A DNA stretch of 64,000 nt from Thermoprotei archaeon (GCA_003649205.1 QMRC01000005.1:32001-96000), one strand, 5' to 3'. Positions 1 to 9,437 are shown, counted from the stretch's first letter. Numbers and translations are program-made. Notes: generated by a model not told the origin, from the letters alone.

Positions 1-1
1 A

Positions 2-103
2 CTTGAGGGTATGATGAGTCTATTCATTAAGCTCTTCATAGCATTCAACGTACCACTACTCATAGCAGTCATAGGAATACTACTCAAAATGATATGGACA
101 TAG
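2..103 (+). CDS. 3' end of a gene entering from the left edge; C-terminal hydrophobic (transmembrane) segment
   Basis: Frame from base 2 reads LEGMMSLFIKLFIAFNVPLLIAVIGILLKMIWT then TAG at 101-103. Confidence 0.5.
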   Translation, partial: LEGMMSLFIKLFIAFNVPLLIAVIGILLKMIWT

Positions 104-109
104 GGAAAG

Positions 110-478
110 TTAAGTAGCAAACCACCAATCCTCATGAAGAAAATCAACTACAAGACCTAACCTCCTAATCAGCTCATACGACGGAATGACATCTTCCTCA
201 CCTGGCACTACCACGACATAAGCATCATAGGACCTGACTTCACTACCCTTCTTAACAACTACAGTAACCAAATCATTACCCACAAGAACAACACCATACA
301 ACCTACCAACAGCAACATACTCCCTAACACCACTAACCTCAATACCCAACTCCCTCGCTACATGAGGAGGCAAAGCGATAACAGGGACATCAGTCTCAAA
401 ACCAGTATGGAGAAGAGCCAGTACTTGAATCACCTTACCCCTATACCTCAATTCAATAGGAATCCTCAACACAATCAA
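110..478 (-). CDS. Clan AA (retropepsin-like) aspartyl-protease-fold protein with variant active-site motif
   Basis: ALLHTGFET at the A-L-x-D-T-G position, IALPPHVARELG, and C-terminal LIRRLGLVVDF typical of archaeal single-domain retropepsin-like proteins. Confidence 0.65.
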   Translation of the reverse strand: MIVLRIPIELRYRGKVIQVLALLHTGFETDVPVIALPPHVARELGIEVSGVREYVAVGRLYGVVLVGNDLVTVVVKKGSEVRSYDAYVVVVPGEEDVIPSYELIRRLGLVVDFLHEDWWFAT

Positions 479-621
479 TCACCAGACATGAGAACCAACC
501 TCACACGACCAAACCTAATAGGCTTACCAACAACCCTACCCTCCTCAAGAAACTTCGAAATCAACCTCCTAAACTCACCCTCAAGAAGAATCCTCTCAAC
601 AACCTCCTCACTAACAGACAC
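475..621 (-). CDS. Small 48-aa hypothetical protein (below ORF-track cut-off) coupled to the downstream protease-fold gene
   Basis: Hand translation MSVSEEVVERILLEGEFRRLISKFLEEGRVVGKPIRFGRVRLVLMSGD; GTG start after GGGTGG; TGA overlaps the TTG start at 478. Confidence 0.55.
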   Translation of the reverse strand: MSVSEEVVERILLEGEFRRLISKFLEEGRVVGKPIRFGRVRLVLMSGD

Positions 622-653
622 AAACCACCCACTAAAGTCAACTAGAGTAAGAA

Positions 654-938
654 CTACTTAACCTCAACACCACGAAGACAAGACCTAACCCTCCTAACAA
701 CATTAACCAAAGCCAAAACAGTAGCCATAGAGTTCAGAACAGTGAATATGGGGTCACTAATCAAGATAGAGTAGAGAGTCAACAGTAAGCTACCTAGAAG
801 ATACAGAACAGTAAGTCTAAGAGGTGGAGGTGGAGAAGTCAAGGAAGCAGCCCAAGCAATAACAATGAACAATAGCCCAAGTAAACCCACAAACAACATA
901 TACAACACCCACCTCCAATACAGACCTCGAAAACACAA
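654..938 (-). CDS. Small membrane protein, PQ-loop/SemiSWEET-like (true start probably at MLFVGLLG)
   Basis: Three hydrophobic helices; GLLFIVIAW...LYLLGSLLLTLYSILISDPIFTVLN pattern. Confidence 0.55.
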   Translation of the reverse strand: MCFRGLYWRWVLYMLFVGLLGLLFIVIAWAASLTSPPPPLRLTVLYLLGSLLLTLYSILISDPIFTVLNSMATVLALVNVVRRVRSCLRGVEVK

Positions 939-1055
939 GACCCTAAAAAGACCTCACCGAGATACCGCAAGCAAAGTAGAGCACTTCACAACATAGCACA
1001 ATACTGAATCCATAACCTAACTGACGGGTTAGTTCCCATCAAATAGAAGCTAGGT

Positions 1056-1355
1056 ATGTGTAGTGTCCTCAGTTCGCTACACAAATCGTTACTTGCTGCA
1101 TTCGAAGCTCTTGACTTAGAGAGGAGGTATCCTAGGGAACTCAGTGAGGGTGTAGTTGAGGGAGTTGATGAACTCGAAATCATACTTAATAACCTGGTGG
1201 AGATTATACAGGACAAAGAAGAGATACGTAATTCCATAGATCTTTCTCAAGCATGTAACTCCCTAATGTACTTCTCGTACTTATTGATCAAGGTCTTGAC
1301 TTCATCAGAACTTAGAACTACCGTACCAACCATTAACCATCAACTCTTCACATAA
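1056..1355 (+). CDS. Hypothetical helical protein
   Basis: 99-aa ORF with protein-like composition filling the gap between flanking genes. Confidence 0.5.
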   Translation: MCSVLSSLHKSLLAAFEALDLERRYPRELSEGVVEGVDELEIILNNLVEIIQDKEEIRNSIDLSQACNSLMYFSYLLIKVLTSSELRTTVPTINHQLFT

Positions 1356-1381
1356 TCTAGTTAACTAGATGAGGTAAATTG

Positions 1382-2482
1382 CTAGAATTCCTTGACTACT
1401 TTAACGAGATGTTCTGGCCTATCGGGGTTATAGTTCTTGAGCACAGCTCTGTAGTACGCAACTAGGTATAGTGGAATGATGTAGGTTAACGAGGCGTAGT
1501 ACCTATTTCCTTCCCACGGGATAACTACATCGAAGCTAATGTCTTTAAACTTTTGACTACCACCGTATAGGTTAGAGATGGTTCTCACCTGAAATCCTTT
1601 CTCTACCAGATTTCGATAGAGCCTTATTAGGGCTTCTAATGAGTCATCATTCAACATCGACAGAATAATAACTATGTCCTTCCTTTTTGCTAATGCAATT
1701 GGTCCATGTCTGAATTCTAAGGCGTGCATTGCCTCTGCGTAGCTGTAGGTCATCTCCTTAAATTTCAAGCTAGCTTCCAACATAGATGGGTGCGTGAAGG
1801 TGGTTCCAAGAAAGATGAAGTGTTCTACATGGAGATCCTCTTCTGCAATACTTCTATACCTTTTTTCATCGTCTAGTATTTTCGAAGCGGTGGTAAGTAA
1901 ATTACGTGCGTCCTCTATGATTTTGTCCTTCTCCGTATCTCTCAGTCCTGTCAAGTGAACTGAGAGGAGTATTCCTGCTAATTGCATGGAAACATAGGAT
2001 TTCGTCATAACGAAGCTGTTCTCAAATGCTTTCTCTATCACAATTGAGTAATCGGTTATCTTAGTAAGAGTACTACCCTTAGTACATGTAACTCCAACAG
2101 CTATTGCTCCTTTCTCCTTTGCTCTCTTAACGGCCTCTATTATTTCTCCGGTCTCTCCCGATCTCGAGAATGCTACGACAACCTCTCTACTACCTTCATT
2201 CTTCTTTGAGTAATACCATATGAATTCAGAGGCAGGTACTGCTCTCCCAATATATTCACTAGGTTCAAAAATGAGAGGTAAAATCGCTCCATAAGCAACG
2301 TAGTAGCTACTCCCACACCCGATGTAGTATATCTCACGTGGTTTTCTCTCTTGGAGGTACTCTGCTATCTCTTTGATAGCTGGGATTTTGCCTAGAACTT
2401 CCTCTATTGCAAGAGGAACTTCCTTGATTTCTCTGTAAGTATGTGTGGTCTGTTCGTTGATTTTCACAAATCTCACCACCAA
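1382..2482 (-). CDS. Double SIS-domain sugar-phosphate isomerase/deaminase (GlmS C-terminal / GlmD / FrlB-like)
   Basis: GCGSSY, SRSGETGE, EASLKFKE, EFRHGP and C-terminal NPDRPEHLVKVV motifs. Confidence 0.9.
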   Translation of the reverse strand: MVVRFVKINEQTTHTYREIKEVPLAIEEVLGKIPAIKEIAEYLQERKPREIYYIGCGSSYYVAYGAILPLIFEPSEYIGRAVPASEFIWYYSKKNEGSREVVVAFSRSGETGEIIEAVKRAKEKGAIAVGVTCTKGSTLTKITDYSIVIEKAFENSFVMTKSYVSMQLAGILLSVHLTGLRDTEKDKIIEDARNLLTTASKILDDEKRYRSIAEEDLHVEHFIFLGTTFTHPSMLEASLKFKEMTYSYAEAMHALEFRHGPIALAKRKDIVIILSMLNDDSLEALIRLYRNLVEKGFQVRTISNLYGGSQKFKDISFDVVIPWEGNRYYASLTYIIPLYLVAYYRAVLKNYNPDRPEHLVKVVKEF

Positions 2483-3259
2483 TCTCTGTCTACATAACTA
2501 CCATCTATAGTCTATAGTTTTTGTGATTATTCAATTTACTTACTACCCTTCAGTAATTTCATTGCTACAACCTCTTTTGGAGTACTTGCTGTTGTTTTCC
2601 GCACCTCTTCATCTGCTAGAAGCTCTGCAGGTTACTGAAGTATTTATGGAATTGCTTTTCCTGTCGAAAGATGCAAAGACGATTACTGTCTTCACAAGGT
2701 CATTGAGAGACCTTAACTAGATTCTTCAGTACAACAATACTGAACCCAACCTTCAACTCCCAATAGTTCCATAGGAGGAAAATCTTAAATTCTAAGCCAT
2801 CAGCTACAACTGCACACTTCATACAAACTCAGCTAGAGTAGAGTTTAGATCTAAAAGATGTTGCAGCTATAGGGAGGATTGTGGAATTAACTCAGCAACT
2901 ACCTTGAGGTGCTATGTATGGGATTAAGTTAGTAAGTGAGTCATAGGAATTAGCTCTATTTTTAGGTACACGAACTTGGTGTTAAGACCGAGTTTTAACC
3001 TGAGAGCTTTTTGAGTAAGTGATCAGACAGATGTTGCGCTGATGCAATTATGTTGTTTATTTAATTATCTAGCTAGCACCACTACCAGTAGCTCATGAGA
3101 TCCAACCTTGTACTAACTAATGACAGCTTTGTGGTATGATTCTATAGCTTGATCAATATATGGAATTTAAATCCTACTTCTCTAACGATGACCTCGAACT
3201 ATATCCTCACTTATTACCCCCTCATAAAATAATAATAACCCTGAACTTCCATAGAGGCC

Positions 3260-3442
3260 TCACCGTGTTCTACGTTGTAGAGGACCTCTAGTTTTTGTGA
3301 TAAGGTACGTGATCACGGATTCTGCTATGAATACTACCCCTATTCCTAGTGTGAGAGTTCTCCACAGCGCTAACTCCTTCCTAGTAAGTACCAACTCTTC
3401 TCCTCTAACCAGAAGTTCGTAAACACGATCAGTTTCCTCCAC
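3260..3442 (-). CDS. Small hypothetical membrane protein or gene remnant
   Basis: 60 aa with one hydrophobic helix in a low-coding-density stretch. Confidence 0.3.
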   Translation of the reverse strand: MEETDRVYELLVRGEELVLTRKELALWRTLTLGIGVVFIAESVITYLITKTRGPLQRRTR

Positions 3443-3743
3443 AAGAAGTACACCTCGTGGCTCCAGTACTCTAGCTAGACTAGCTGCTAGCTGATTTGAA
3501 GTGCAGTGCTGAGAGATAGAGGTACGAGGTGAAAGCTCTTAAGGTGTCGAGTGCTAGAAAGATACTGTGATGAGTCTTTCCAGACTCGATGGGAATAGTA
3601 GGGAGCTACCCCGAGGTTGGGCACACTAGCTCCGTCGCACTGGAGAAACTTGCTGACTTCTCCGTAGCTTCGACTCGCTCAGGTATAGCATAACACCTAC
3701 CACAATGGAGATGGCGCATCACTCGCTCTCCTCATGTAGTTTG

Positions 3744-3796
3744 AGGATTGGTGCTGAGGCCGGGATTTGAACCCGGGACCTTCGGGTTAACAGCCC
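3744..3796 (-). repeat. Partial copy of tRNA-Asn 3' half (att-like direct repeat of 6763-6815)
   Basis: 53-bp repeat with 3 mismatches (3752, 3755, 3757); 3758-3796 is identical to 6777-6815. Confidence 0.9.
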
Positions 3797-3996
3797 ACAT
3801 CGATGTTACAAGTGCTACCATCTCAACATTACCATGTTGCTGAAATGAATAGTAGGTTCGTTTAGTGAACTCAATGTACTTGTTAAATGATGCTTAAGCA
3901 GTGAAGTTACTGGAGGGTGTAGTCGTATTTCCTCGATAATTGTGGTTAAGGAGCGTTGAGAAGGTACTTACGGTGGAGAGTACGTATATGTACTAG

Positions 3997-4260
3997 ATGG
4001 AGATAAGTTATGTCACATCAGTAAGTACGCAGTTGAAAAAACATGAAGAGATAGAGTGTAGTGCTGGTGGTAGATATAAGAGGAGGTTAGTAACGTATAG
4101 AGTTCCTCGAAAAGGACTTAGTGGAAAGGTGTTGTACCACGTCAGCTTCAGTCGTGGGGGATACATGTATGTTCGTAGATTAGCAATAGATTATCTGAAT
4201 GTGAATAAGATCAACACGGTGACTGCTAACAGCGTGGGGGGTTCGCGTTTACGAAAATGA
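3997..4260 (+). CDS. Hypothetical basic protein or remnant within island
   Basis: 87-aa ORF, no recognisable motif. Confidence 0.3.
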   Translation: MEISYVTSVSTQLKKHEEIECSAGGRYKRRLVTYRVPRKGLSGKVLYHVSFSRGGYMYVRRLAIDYLNVNKINTVTANSVGGSRLRK

Positions 4261-4312
4261 ATTACTTAGTCTCGTACATAGGTTTGAGATTCTAGATGAT
4301 GAGCTGGCACAG

Positions 4313-4774
4313 ATGATCGAAGATTACAAGAAGTACTTCATAGATATGGTGTATGATGTACGTAACTTCATTAGGTCTAGAGGTATAGAGGTGTACTTCA
4401 CAGGGCGTGCAGCTAGGGTAAGAGAGGCATTAGTGAATGATCCGTACATAGCTCTCTTTGCTATTCTCTCAATGCCGAGTGACGATAGTAGGAAGATGGG
4501 GCTTGAAAATCTTAGGAGGTGGATTCATCAACTCTGGGTAATTGTCAAGGTGTGTGAATTTCTTGGTCTTAGGAAGTCGGAGAAGTGGTATATTGGACAG
4601 AGTTGGGCTGAAGGCACAGTACCATTGGCAAGAGTAGAGACTGAAAAGCTAGGACCTTTATCCATATGGTTTGAAGCTCAGATACATATACCTAGACACT
4701 CAAGAGAAGTGCCTATAGCAGGTTCGAGTAGATGTGGGACACTGAATGACCTTTCAAAGGTGTTGAGCACTTAA
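4313..4774 (+). CDS. N-terminal part of a McrC/DUF2357-like PD-(D/E)xK nuclease (split gene)
   Basis: WIHQLWVIVKVCEFLG resembles the YE-x-W helix preceding the PD motif; TAATG junction with next ORF. Confidence 0.5.
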   Translation: MIEDYKKYFIDMVYDVRNFIRSRGIEVYFTGRAARVREALVNDPYIALFAILSMPSDDSRKMGLENLRRWIHQLWVIVKVCEFLGLRKSEKWYIGQSWAEGTVPLARVETEKLGPLSIWFEAQIHIPRHSREVPIAGSSRCGTLNDLSKVLST

Positions 4775-5121
4775 TGAGGTCATTCTGTGGCGGTGTTGAA
4801 GGTCTTAGACCTGACATAGTGATTGTCAAGGGATACTGCGATAAATTAGATGAAGCTACTAGGCATGAGTCCAAGCTCGTCGTTCTTGAGTGTAAGGATA
4901 GAGATTTCGAGTATTGGAGAAGTGAGTTAAGTACTCAAGTACTGGAGTACGCTAGGTATATTGGTCCTGTAGTTATTGCATCACTTAAGTCCGTACCGGA
5001 AGACATCATCGAGAAGTGGCGAAAGCGAGGTGTAGTCATAGTACCTAATGTAAGACCAGGAAATGAGGGAGGTATACGTCAGCTATGTGAGAAGATAATT
5101 AAGGCAGTACGAGCTTGCTAG
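4774..5121 (+). CDS. C-terminal catalytic part of PD-(D/E)xK restriction-endonuclease-like nuclease
   Basis: LRPDIVIVKG...LVVLECK...QVLEYA (PD, ExK and QxxxY motifs). Confidence 0.65.
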   Translation: MRSFCGGVEGLRPDIVIVKGYCDKLDEATRHESKLVVLECKDRDFEYWRSELSTQVLEYARYIGPVVIASLKSVPEDIIEKWRKRGVVIVPNVRPGNEGGIRQLCEKIIKAVRAC

Positions 5122-5316
5122 GATCTATACTCTAGGAGTGTACTATAGTAAAGCTTACACCTTAGAATACTATAATAATTGAATTGCAGAAATGCTTTAA
5201 TACCCCGTGAACTCTTCGGTCTGAACTCATCTTGAGGCTCTGCTAGGGAGTAACGGAAAGTTATATGAGAGTTACATATATCTTTTATTGTTACTGAGAT
5301 CTAGGGAGAGATCAGT

Positions 5317-5979
5317 ATGAGTACTCAAGTTCAAAAGAGAGACCTTAATGAATTGAGAAGGCTTATCGTTGAGTATCTTCTTGCTGAACTCAAAGCTCAA
5401 GGCATTCATCGTCCTGTTTCTCTGAGGAAAGTGCAGAAGCTTCTTGCTCTTGCTCTCTTCGCAAGATACAGAGACGGAAAGTTTGTACTAGAAGTCAGTT
5501 CACTGGCTAAGTTGTTCGACTTCAGAGTTAGCCGATACGGACCTTTCAGCAAGGTTGTTAGTGACATACTGACTAAATATTTCTTAGTTAAGCGTGAGAG
5601 CGATGAAGCTGGAGTCAGTCTTGTAATGACCACAAGGAGTAGAGAGGAGGTCTTACATGATCTTGAGAGTACAGCTGAGAAGCTAGGTCTAACTCGTGAA
5701 GTAAGGGACCTCGTAGAGCGTATCACTGATGCTGTTAAAAGGCGTGGTATGTTCCGTGCAGACACGATAGGATCAGAAGTTGATCGTGTGCTGGGTTTAA
5801 CTCGTGAGCTTAAAATCCTTCTCTTCGATGTTGACATCCTGGATCTACTTGCTGTGAGAGACAAAGCTCTGAGTTCTGAGGCTGAAGTTGAGCTCCGTAC
5901 ATTCTTCGGGGATTTATGCGATAAGCTCAAGGATCCAGAGCTTGTCAGGAAGATGAGGGACTCACTACGTGGTGAGTAG
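5317..5979 (+). CDS. Panacea (DUF4065/SocA)-like winged-helix protein, putative antitoxin
   Basis: SLRKVQKLLALAL and FRVSRYGPFS match the xKLQKLxY...F-x4-YGP signature; overlaps downstream PIN gene. Confidence 0.6.
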   Translation: MSTQVQKRDLNELRRLIVEYLLAELKAQGIHRPVSLRKVQKLLALALFARYRDGKFVLEVSSLAKLFDFRVSRYGPFSKVVSDILTKYFLVKRESDEAGVSLVMTTRSREEVLHDLESTAEKLGLTREVRDLVERITDAVKRRGMFRADTIGSEVDRVLGLTRELKILLFDVDILDLLAVRDKALSSEAEVELRTFFGDLCDKLKDPELVRKMRDSLRGE

Positions 5980-6631
5980 GACAGCCCCTACACTGACTAT
6001 AGCAATAGTCTTAGACACGTGTATGATAATCGCTGCATCTCCTCAAGATAGACAGAATGTGTACTATCGTCTCCTACAGCACTACATCAACCTTGTCAGC
6101 AAGAGAGGAAGGGTAATTGTTCGAACTTATGTTCCTGAAGCGGTTTACGTTGAAACTCTAATGCTGCTCACGAGTGAACGATGGTACTGCCCGAGGTGTA
6201 GCATCGTTGTTGGTATTCCTGATACCAGGTATTGCCCTCGTTGTGGGTCTCAAAACTTGATCCAGAGCCCACGAATGGGTCACAGAGACGCCATGGAGTT
6301 CATAGAGAGAGCAGTCATGTATCTGACCTGCGGTAAGTTCCCCTATCCTCAGCTCCGAGTTCCCTCTATCTCGGCAGTCCTTCGGGTGATAGAGGAGGAT
6401 CGAGTAGTTCGTGATAGATTCTTCCAAGCCTCTGCAAGAGGTCAACTCCCTCGCTCAATATTTGACCTCTTGATTGCTATGTCAGCAGCCCTCATAGCTC
6501 GTGACCACAGATACCGAACGTGGCTTGTGACACTAGATGAGAAGCTTAGAGATGCCGTCAATGTAATGCGAAGGATCTTTGCTGTCAACAACCTAGTCTA
6601 CTTCAATCCTAAGAATCATTTCAAGATCTGA
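5969..6631 (+). CDS. PIN-domain ribonuclease with an inserted C4 zinc ribbon, putative toxin
   Basis: IVLDT, VPEAVYVE, SIFDLLI, LVTLDEKL acidic tetrad; CPRC...CPRCGS insert. Confidence 0.75.
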   Translation: MVSRTAPTLTIAIVLDTCMIIAASPQDRQNVYYRLLQHYINLVSKRGRVIVRTYVPEAVYVETLMLLTSERWYCPRCSIVVGIPDTRYCPRCGSQNLIQSPRMGHRDAMEFIERAVMYLTCGKFPYPQLRVPSISAVLRVIEEDRVVRDRFFQASARGQLPRSIFDLLIAMSAALIARDHRYRTWLVTLDEKLRDAVNVMRRIFAVNNLVYFNPKNHFKI

Positions 6632-6767
6632 GTCACGTTCCAATAACATATCATTCTGCAGGTTTTATTAGGGCTCTTTGAGCAGTATTGATGCTGTTCC
6701 CGAGATCCTTGTCTAGCGGCTTGCTGAATGAGAATGCTCCCTTTCTTAAAGACCTTAAATTAAGGAT

Positions 6768-6844
6768 TGGCGCCGGGGCCGGGATTTGAACCCGGGACCT
6801 TCGGGTTAACAGCCCGACGCTCTACCAGGCTGAGCTACCCCGGC
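6768..6844 (-). tRNA. tRNA-Asn (GTT), intron-less, CCA encoded
   Basis: Reverse complement folds as GCCGGGG/CCCCGGC acceptor, TCGGG-CTGTTAA-CCCGA anticodon arm, GGTTCAAATCC T-loop, ends GCCA. Confidence 0.97.
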
Positions 6845-6990
6845 TCTCTTGATCTCCTCTATCACCGTATCTTGTCCTCTATTTAATACTTAGCTTCTTG
6901 TTCAGCCTAGCACAGCCTCTTCATCTAGTCAGGACCCCTATTCCTCATCATGTACAGTAGGTGATTTGGTTTCGATGTTTATGTTCTTTC

Positions 6991-8016
6991 CTATGTTAGT
7001 TCTCTGAGTAGTTGTTCTAGTGCTTGTCTGTATGCTGGTATTTGCCATGCGTAGTACTTCCCTACACCTATCTCTTGATCTTCAGGTACCTCTCGTTGGG
7101 TTAGTGTTGTGTGGTGTTTGTAGATGATTAGGTTCTGTTCCTCTAGTATCTTGAGTAGTGTCCTCAATTCTTCACTTACATTGTACCATAGTGTATCTGG
7201 GTTCTCTATGACTTCTCGTAGTTGTTTTCCTAGTCCTCTGTACTTGATCTCCATGATTATTTCTGTGAGTTTGTACTTTAGTTCTTTTATCCAGTGATCT
7301 ACATTCCATCTATGTCTTAGTGCTAGGTCTATTACTGCTCTTGGATTTCCTCCTGTTAATTTCCATACCTTCTCTGGTTCTGGTCTTGGTTCTGGTAGTT
7401 GGTTCACTAGTTCTACTAGTCCTTCATATGGTAGGTTCCAGATTAGGGTTATGTGAACGTAGCTGTGTCTGAGTGGTATTCGTCTGCTGATTCCTTCGGA
7501 TGATGTTGCTAGTATGAGTACTGTCTTTGGTTCGAATTCACGTGATATCTTGTAGATTAGTTCGTAGAGCCACTTCACGTATGCTTCGCATCCGTTGATA
7601 CCTATAGCACGTATTGGATCGTCTACGAGGATTGCTAGGTACTTGTCTCTAAACTTCACCTCTGTACATAACTTCTCAAGAAGTTTCGTAATTGCTCCAG
7701 CTACTGCAGCACCTATAGGTCCTCCTATGCTAGCTGCTATCTCTGTAATCTCCTCTTCTGGTAGCTTAACTCCCTCAAGGACCCTACCTGGTTGTTGCTC
7801 TAGTGCGTCTACGTACATGATGATGTAGTTGTCTCTCAATGTTGCTGCTATGTACCTGAGTAGGGTACTTTTTCCACATCCTTCCGGTCCATAGGTGAAT
7901 TCAGCTAGTGGTGACCCGGTCTCTATCAGCTTTCTCAGTGCTTTAATCTCTCCTTCTCTATCTACGAACTTCAGTACGTAACTCATTACCTTAATCTCGT
8001 ACTCATGTATGGTCAA
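6991..8016 (-). CDS. Archaeal ATPase family P-loop protein (true start probably MSYVLKF)
   Basis: FVDREGE, Walker A GPEGCGKST, ILVDD, TGGNPR. Confidence 0.85.
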   Translation of the reverse strand: MTIHEYEIKVMSYVLKFVDREGEIKALRKLIETGSPLAEFTYGPEGCGKSTLLRYIAATLRDNYIIMYVDALEQQPGRVLEGVKLPEEEITEIAASIGGPIGAAVAGAITKLLEKLCTEVKFRDKYLAILVDDPIRAIGINGCEAYVKWLYELIYKISREFEPKTVLILATSSEGISRRIPLRHSYVHITLIWNLPYEGLVELVNQLPEPRPEPEKVWKLTGGNPRAVIDLALRHRWNVDHWIKELKYKLTEIIMEIKYRGLGKQLREVIENPDTLWYNVSEELRTLLKILEEQNLIIYKHHTTLTQREVPEDQEIGVGKYYAWQIPAYRQALEQLLRELT

Positions 8017-8054
8017 CTAGATCGTCCTCCTAAGTACTGAGGTTGGAGCTGTAT

Positions 8055-9437
8055 TTAGCTGTTGATGACTCCATGCCTCTCCATTGTCTTGAGTAGTTGC
8101 TCAATTACCTCACCTGCTGTTCTGTTGCTGTATGGCCATATCACGGTCTGTATCCTCGTGACTATGGGTTTAACTAGCCTCTCCTTGATCTCTTCACTGA
8201 ACCTACTGTATCCTAGGTACGTTCCGACTATTGAGCCTACTGTTGCTGCGTTGCAGTCGGTGTCCAGTCCTGACATTGCTGCTAGTGCTATTGATCTATC
8301 TAGCTTCTCTTCACCCCACAGCAATGCTGCTATCACTATTGCGTCATTTGGTATCGTGTGTACAGGATGGTAATTGCTGTACCTCGTATATATCTGCTCA
8401 ATTACTTCTTCCCAGGTTACTCCTCTCTTCCATAGGTCTATGACGTGCCTCACAGCTTCTGCTAATCTCGAGTTCTGCGGTATAGCTCTCAATCCTACAT
8501 CAACTACCTCCTCTATTGATGATGCCACGTAAGCGTGCGATATCATGATAGCTACCATTATTGCGCTGTACACGGCATTCTTTACATGGCTTAGAGTAGC
8601 ATCTCTATACGCGTACTCACTTGCTTTCTCAAGATCTCCAGATGCTATGTATCCCCAGGTATCTGCTCTTATCCTTGCACCAATCCACTCTCTGTATGGG
8701 TTGAGGAAGATTGCTGTGTACGGTGGTTTTAGTCCAAGTACTAGGTTCCTATAGGTTGCTCTCTCAGCTGTGTAAGTCATGCTGTAGGGTATTAGCTCTA
8801 ACCATGTTCTACCTATGTCCTCAGTTGTGAAGCTTGATCCATACCTCCTATACACCTCGATATTGAGTATCGTGTAGTCTATGTCATCATCTCTAACAAC
8901 TTCACTAATTGCTTCTCGTACTAGTCTCCACCTACCCATTTCCTGTAGCTCATGCTCCTTAAAGAATTTCCTTGGAAAGTAACCTGTTAGTGGGTACTCA
9001 CCTATCTCGAGTAATCTAGCTCTTATCTCTCTAAATGACCAGCCTTCAACAGGTTTACCAACCATACAACCAATTAGTCTACCGATAAATCCTCCTCTTA
9101 CCTTGTCCTCAACGACGCTCCTCCTCGGTAATTCGCTCTCCGGTAGTTTTGACCTCTCACGTACTATATCTACGTAGGTTAGTGATTCGTGGTATCTGAA
9201 ATCTTGCCTAGTAGGTAGCTCAAGTAGCTTCTCATAGAGTTCAAGTAACCTACCTAAGTCTAAGTCCTTCGCCTTCAGTAGCTCGCTGACTATAGGCTCA
9301 ACATCGTCCACCCGATAACCTTCTTCTCTCAGTAGCTTAATCTCCTCACTAAGTAACTTACTGACTTCCTCCTTTAGCTCAAGTATTACCCACGTACGTA
9401 GAGTATGTAGAGTACGTGGGATATACATGTGAGGCAC
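8055..9437 (-). CDS. ADP-ribosylglycohydrolase family protein
   Basis: GCMVGKPVEG, RDDDIDYT, IGARIRAD, SH, GLDTDCNAATVGSIVG. Confidence 0.9.
   Translation of the reverse strand: MPHMYIPRTLHTLRTWVILELKEEVSKLLSEEIKLLREEGYRVDDVEPIVSELLKAKDLDLGRLLELYEKLLELPTRQDFRYHESLTYVDIVRERSKLPESELPRRSVVEDKVRGGFIGRLIGCMVGKPVEGWSFREIRARLLEIGEYPLTGYFPRKFFKEHELQEMGRWRLVREAISEVVRDDDIDYTILNIEVYRRYGSSFTTEDIGRTWLELIPYSMTYTAERATYRNLVLGLKPPYTAIFLNPYREWIGARIRADTWGYIASGDLEKASEYAYRDATLSHVKNAVYSAIMVAIMISHAYVASSIEEVVDVGLRAIPQNSRLAEAVRHVIDLWKRGVTWEEVIEQIYTRYSNYHPVHTIPNDAIVIAALLWGEEKLDRSIALAAMSGLDTDCNAATVGSIVGTYLGYSRFSEEIKERLVKPIVTRIQTVIWPYSNRTAGEVIEQLLKTMERHGVINS

Larger units (their letters stand above)
3744..6815. mobile_element. 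~3 kb tRNA-Asn-integrated island, no integrase visible (defective or satellite)
   Basis: Bounded by the tRNA-derived direct repeat; cargo is nuclease- and toxin-antitoxin-like. Confidence 0.7.

Noticed and set aside
362-661. + strand 99-aa ORF and the many other short antisense ORFs in the track (e.g. 5406-5930, 15401-15880, 61901-62479)
   Set aside because: Shadow frames opposite well-supported genes, with low-complexity Ser/Thr/Leu content
2520-2880. Possible decayed minus-strand gene (ending ...TASTPKEVVAMKLLKGSK) and + strand ORF 2523-2720
   Set aside because: Multiple frame breaks and no identifiable family without a search
3600-3700. Short frame reading VGHTSS reminiscent of a tyrosine-integrase LGH motif near the att site
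   Set aside because: No upstream HxxR or downstream Tyr; too short to support
3744-3796. Second tRNA-Asn gene or split-tRNA half
   Set aside because: No D-arm or 5' acceptor strand, acceptor mismatches, and no complementary leader or BHB seen; better explained as an att repeat
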